A stretch of 64,000 nt of DNA, taken from contig OZ260664.1 in assembly GCA_965285935.1 (NCBI GenBank), forward strand, positions 12,586,001 through 12,650,000. Direction: 5' to 3'. The stretch comes from Ophelia neglecta (lineage: Eukaryota). A program made the position numbers and the translations under genes. Below are positions 63,385-64,000 of the stretch, piece by piece. Under the pieces are notes generated by a model that searched no databases, was not told the DNA's origin, and saw only the letters and a program-made list of their open reading frames with translations. How positions within the stretch are numbered: position 1 is the stretch's first letter; every line of letters begins with the position of its first letter.

Positions 63385-64000
63385 TAGTAGCCACGTGTTT
63401 AAGTACAGTTAGACTTAGACACCCGGATCTGTCGTTCGGACGTGCCTACCCATGATATAACATATAACCCTGTCAGATCTAATGACCTTGAGGAGAGCGA
63501 ATGTATATATCTCTCACTGAGATCCTGTTGGTTGTCATAATTGTAAAGGCAGTAACCCCTCATATCAAGTCACTGTCATCAAATACGGAGATATACATAA
63601 TATCAAATAACGTGATACTCTATTTTTATTACCCTGGTTATATGTCAGAGGACAAAGCTTTGATTTCACTGTATACTAAACCCGACTGAATGGAGCGGGT
63701 TCGTGTAATTTGTCAGTAGAGCCATTCTCGTTGATACAACCCACTTTTACTGATAATGTATGTATAGGCCTATATATGTCGGAACCGACATCGCGGACAC
63801 TTTTTTACCCCCCCCCCCCCCCCCCATTAGCGCAGTCAAAACTGTTGCCTCACTTCCCAGATCAAAATAAGCGTATAGGATCGCGCGGATTGAAAAAATG
63901 TTTCAATGGTGGTTAAAACTTTCCAAACAACGTTGCGAGGGCGCGTCATGAATTTAGATGAGAGGATACAGTGAAGCGCATTACAAAAATGTGCAGGGCA

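Noticed and set aside
63400-63760. Next upstream exon of the Delta-like gene
   Set aside because: Candidate donors exist (e.g. TGG|GTAGGC near 63450) but none gave a convincing MNNL-like translation.

Overview
Eukaryotic (animal, most likely marine invertebrate/lophotrochozoan) genomic DNA with GT-AG introns, SINEs, MITEs and minisatellites; no prokaryotic features. The first ~33 kb holds no recognisable protein-coding gene but contains a 2.2-kb array of a 33-bp unit and several MITEs. Three genes follow. (1) A 3-coding-exon ERG/FLI1/FEV-type ETS transcription factor on + (33885-35940, 474 aa). (2) A convergent NACHT-WD40 (NWD1/NWD2-like; DUF4062 + NACHT + WD40) gene on -, assembled by hand as 15 phase-compatible exons (60254 to 38491, ~1964 aa). 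(3) The last two exons of a Delta-like gene on - (63004 to 62544) that the ORF track misses; it encodes the end of an MNNL/C2 domain and a DSL domain cut off after its fourth cysteine, with no EGF repeats or transmembrane helix. One NWD intron holds a 5.7-kb nested insertion: a DNA element with ~525-bp TIRs, a 7-bp TSD and a decayed transposase-like remnant, whose right TIR is split by a 5'-truncated L2/CR1-group LINE. All exon models are manual readings without transcript support.
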